A DNA stretch of 63,463 nucleotides, the filler included, from Octopus bimaculoides (taxonomy: Eukaryota), in assembly GCF_001194135.2 (NCBI RefSeq). It is 6 parts of 5 records of this genome, joined end to end, with 100 filler letters (N's around TTAATTAATTAA, not from the genome) between each part and the next. Parts side by side here need not be neighbours in the genome. Positions count along the whole stretch, not along the records: positions 61,723 to 63,463 come from NC_068981.1; 5 more parts are not named here. One strand, 5' to 3'. Shown in pieces: positions 61,623 to 63,463 of this stretch. The translations under genes and the position numbers were made by a program. Below the pieces are notes generated by a model that saw only the letters and a list, made by a program, of their open reading frames with translations, had not been told where the DNA came from and made no database searches. The stretch's first letter is position 1. Each line of letters starts with the position of its first letter.

Positions 61623-63463
61623 NNNNNNNNNNNNNNNNNNNNNNNNNNNNNNNNNNNNNNNNNNNNTTAATTAATTAANNNNNNNNNNNNNNNNNNNNNN
61701 NNNNNNNNNNNNNNNNNNNNNNATATATATATATATATATATATATAAATTATATTGCATTATATATTATACATACTCATAGATAGATAGATAGATAGAT
61801 AGATACCACAATATTTTGATCGAATCGCAGTAAACAACTTTTTTTTTATATTCGTTAGTGTTTCCTTGTGATTTGTTCATTCACCTTATTTAAACCTTAT
61901 TTTTTTGCAAAACAATTTTCATAAAAAGATTGTTTTCATACGATTGTCCTAGATATAAAAGTAGGTAGAACACATTGCCCTTCATACTCATAAAAAAAAA
62001 ACGAAATTGAAACAATTCTCAAATATAAAAAAAAAAGATGAAATAACATATAAATCAATACTGGAAACATAAATCGTGAATTATGAGACACAGAGATAAC
62101 GAAATATGTTTTCAGAATAAAATATAAACCAAATATATAAAGAGAAACCAAGGAGTTATGGAGTACAAAATGGTCCCAAGATTAATCCTCAATCAACGAT
62201 AAAATAGAATTCGGGAAAGAGAATGAAAAATATAAAGAATGAACAAATATAAATATAAAAAGAAAGTAGAAACAAAATATTAGTGTTGTTGACAGGATAA
62301 GACACCTCAATATAAATGTATATCACAATGAGTAAAAGACAGTGACCATTATTCAGATATACTAGTGATAAATTTAGGATGAGTTATGTTGTAGCTGATC
62401 TGAAGCAATTAGAGCAGACAATTGGACCTGTAGATGACATTATAAAGTCTAAATCATACAAAGGTCTTTTGAAATATATGTACACTGTCACAAAAATCTA
62501 TTTACAACATACCCACACACTGTAACATACATATTTACAGTCTGAAGCAAATATATATATTTTTTATTTCATGATATTTATTTTTCTTTATATCAATTAT
62601 TTAAAGTGTTTAACTCGTGACATTTACTTAAATATTTTGCATTGTGCTTCTTGCATTTGCTTTCAGATTTTCGTTCTTTTCATTTTCTGGTAAATGACAG
62701 ACAATTGTTTAAAATAATGGTTTATCCATACCTTTTACCTTTACCATTATTTGTATGTTTCATTATACTTTATATCTAGAACATTCTATGTTTCCATATT
62801 CGATAATTTTACATTAAATTTTATATTATATTTACTCTTTCCACGATAGTTATCATAATTATCATAATATATACAGGCAATATATCTAATATATTTTTAT
62901 ATTCATTATACATCATGAAGCAAGATGCTTTTTTATACTAAGTATAGTTTTTATAATTTTATTGCAGCGAGCGTAATGAAGGAGTCAAAATACAATAATG
63001 TGATTTGTGCGATTACTTCAACCTGGGGACACTCTCTTTCTACGTCATAATCTAAAGCAAATTTTGCGTAGATTTATGTACTCTTACGCTTTTAATATCG
63101 GAATATGGTACCTTAACTTATGTTGGATAGTAAGCCTGATTTTCCGAAGGTGACATATGTGCAAAAGCTCATTGTAAAACACATACAAATATACATGTAA
63201 CATAATAGTATAAGAAACTTTGTTTCAACCAGCATTAACAGGTTTATGTGTGCAAGTCAAAGGGGAAAAGCAGCTGCAAATAGACCATCTGCACTGATGT
63301 GTAATCTCAAACTTGAAGCATCTGTGGGTTTCTTTGCAAATCGTTGGCGAAATTTAGATGTTACATTCGACATAAGCATTTTGACTGACAAAAAAAGTGA
63401 AAGTTATCATATCCTCATGCCTTGAAACCGATGGGAGAGTTCACTATATATATATATATATAT

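Noticed and set aside
62357-62525. Possible terminal exon YTSDKFRMSYVVADLKQLEQTIGPVDDIIKSKSYKGLLKYM... followed by AT-rich UTR-like sequence
   Set aside because: Weak polypyrimidine tract, no recognisable homology and no partner exon identified; worth only a BLASTx check.

Overview
Eukaryotic draft-assembly window: AT-rich, dense in microsatellites, with many N gaps, five of them 100-bp pads of the form N44-TTAATTAATTAA-N44. The tRNA-derived SINE families resemble those I recall from Octopus, so a coleoid cephalopod source is likely (inference). Only one host gene is well supported: an archaemetzincin (AMZ2-like) zinc metalloprotease on the minus strand. It has two clear coding exons (11919-11053 and 10174-9875), an intact HETCHLFGLMH zinc motif, a Met-turn and a Cys4 site, but its first exon is not directly evident. 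The rest is mostly transposon relics: Tc1/mariner transposases of four types (mariner, maT-like, DD34E, and a copy with 36-residue D-E spacing), a pogo/Tigger end, hAT and Helentron-type non-autonomous elements, RTE and R4/Dong LINE fragments, two CCHC ORF1/gag-like relics, a THAP-domain relic, a 413-bp solo LTR with a 4-bp TSD, and several SINE families. The most interesting observations are a tRNA-headed SINE-like element ending in a decayed Penelope-type hammerhead ribozyme, a candidate microsatellite-encoded first exon for the AMZ gene, a ~450-bp inverted repeat pair, and a ~200-bp near-perfect hairpin. No CRISPR array, rRNA or convincing tRNA gene was seen. Repeat boundaries are approximate unless a TSD or splice site is quoted.
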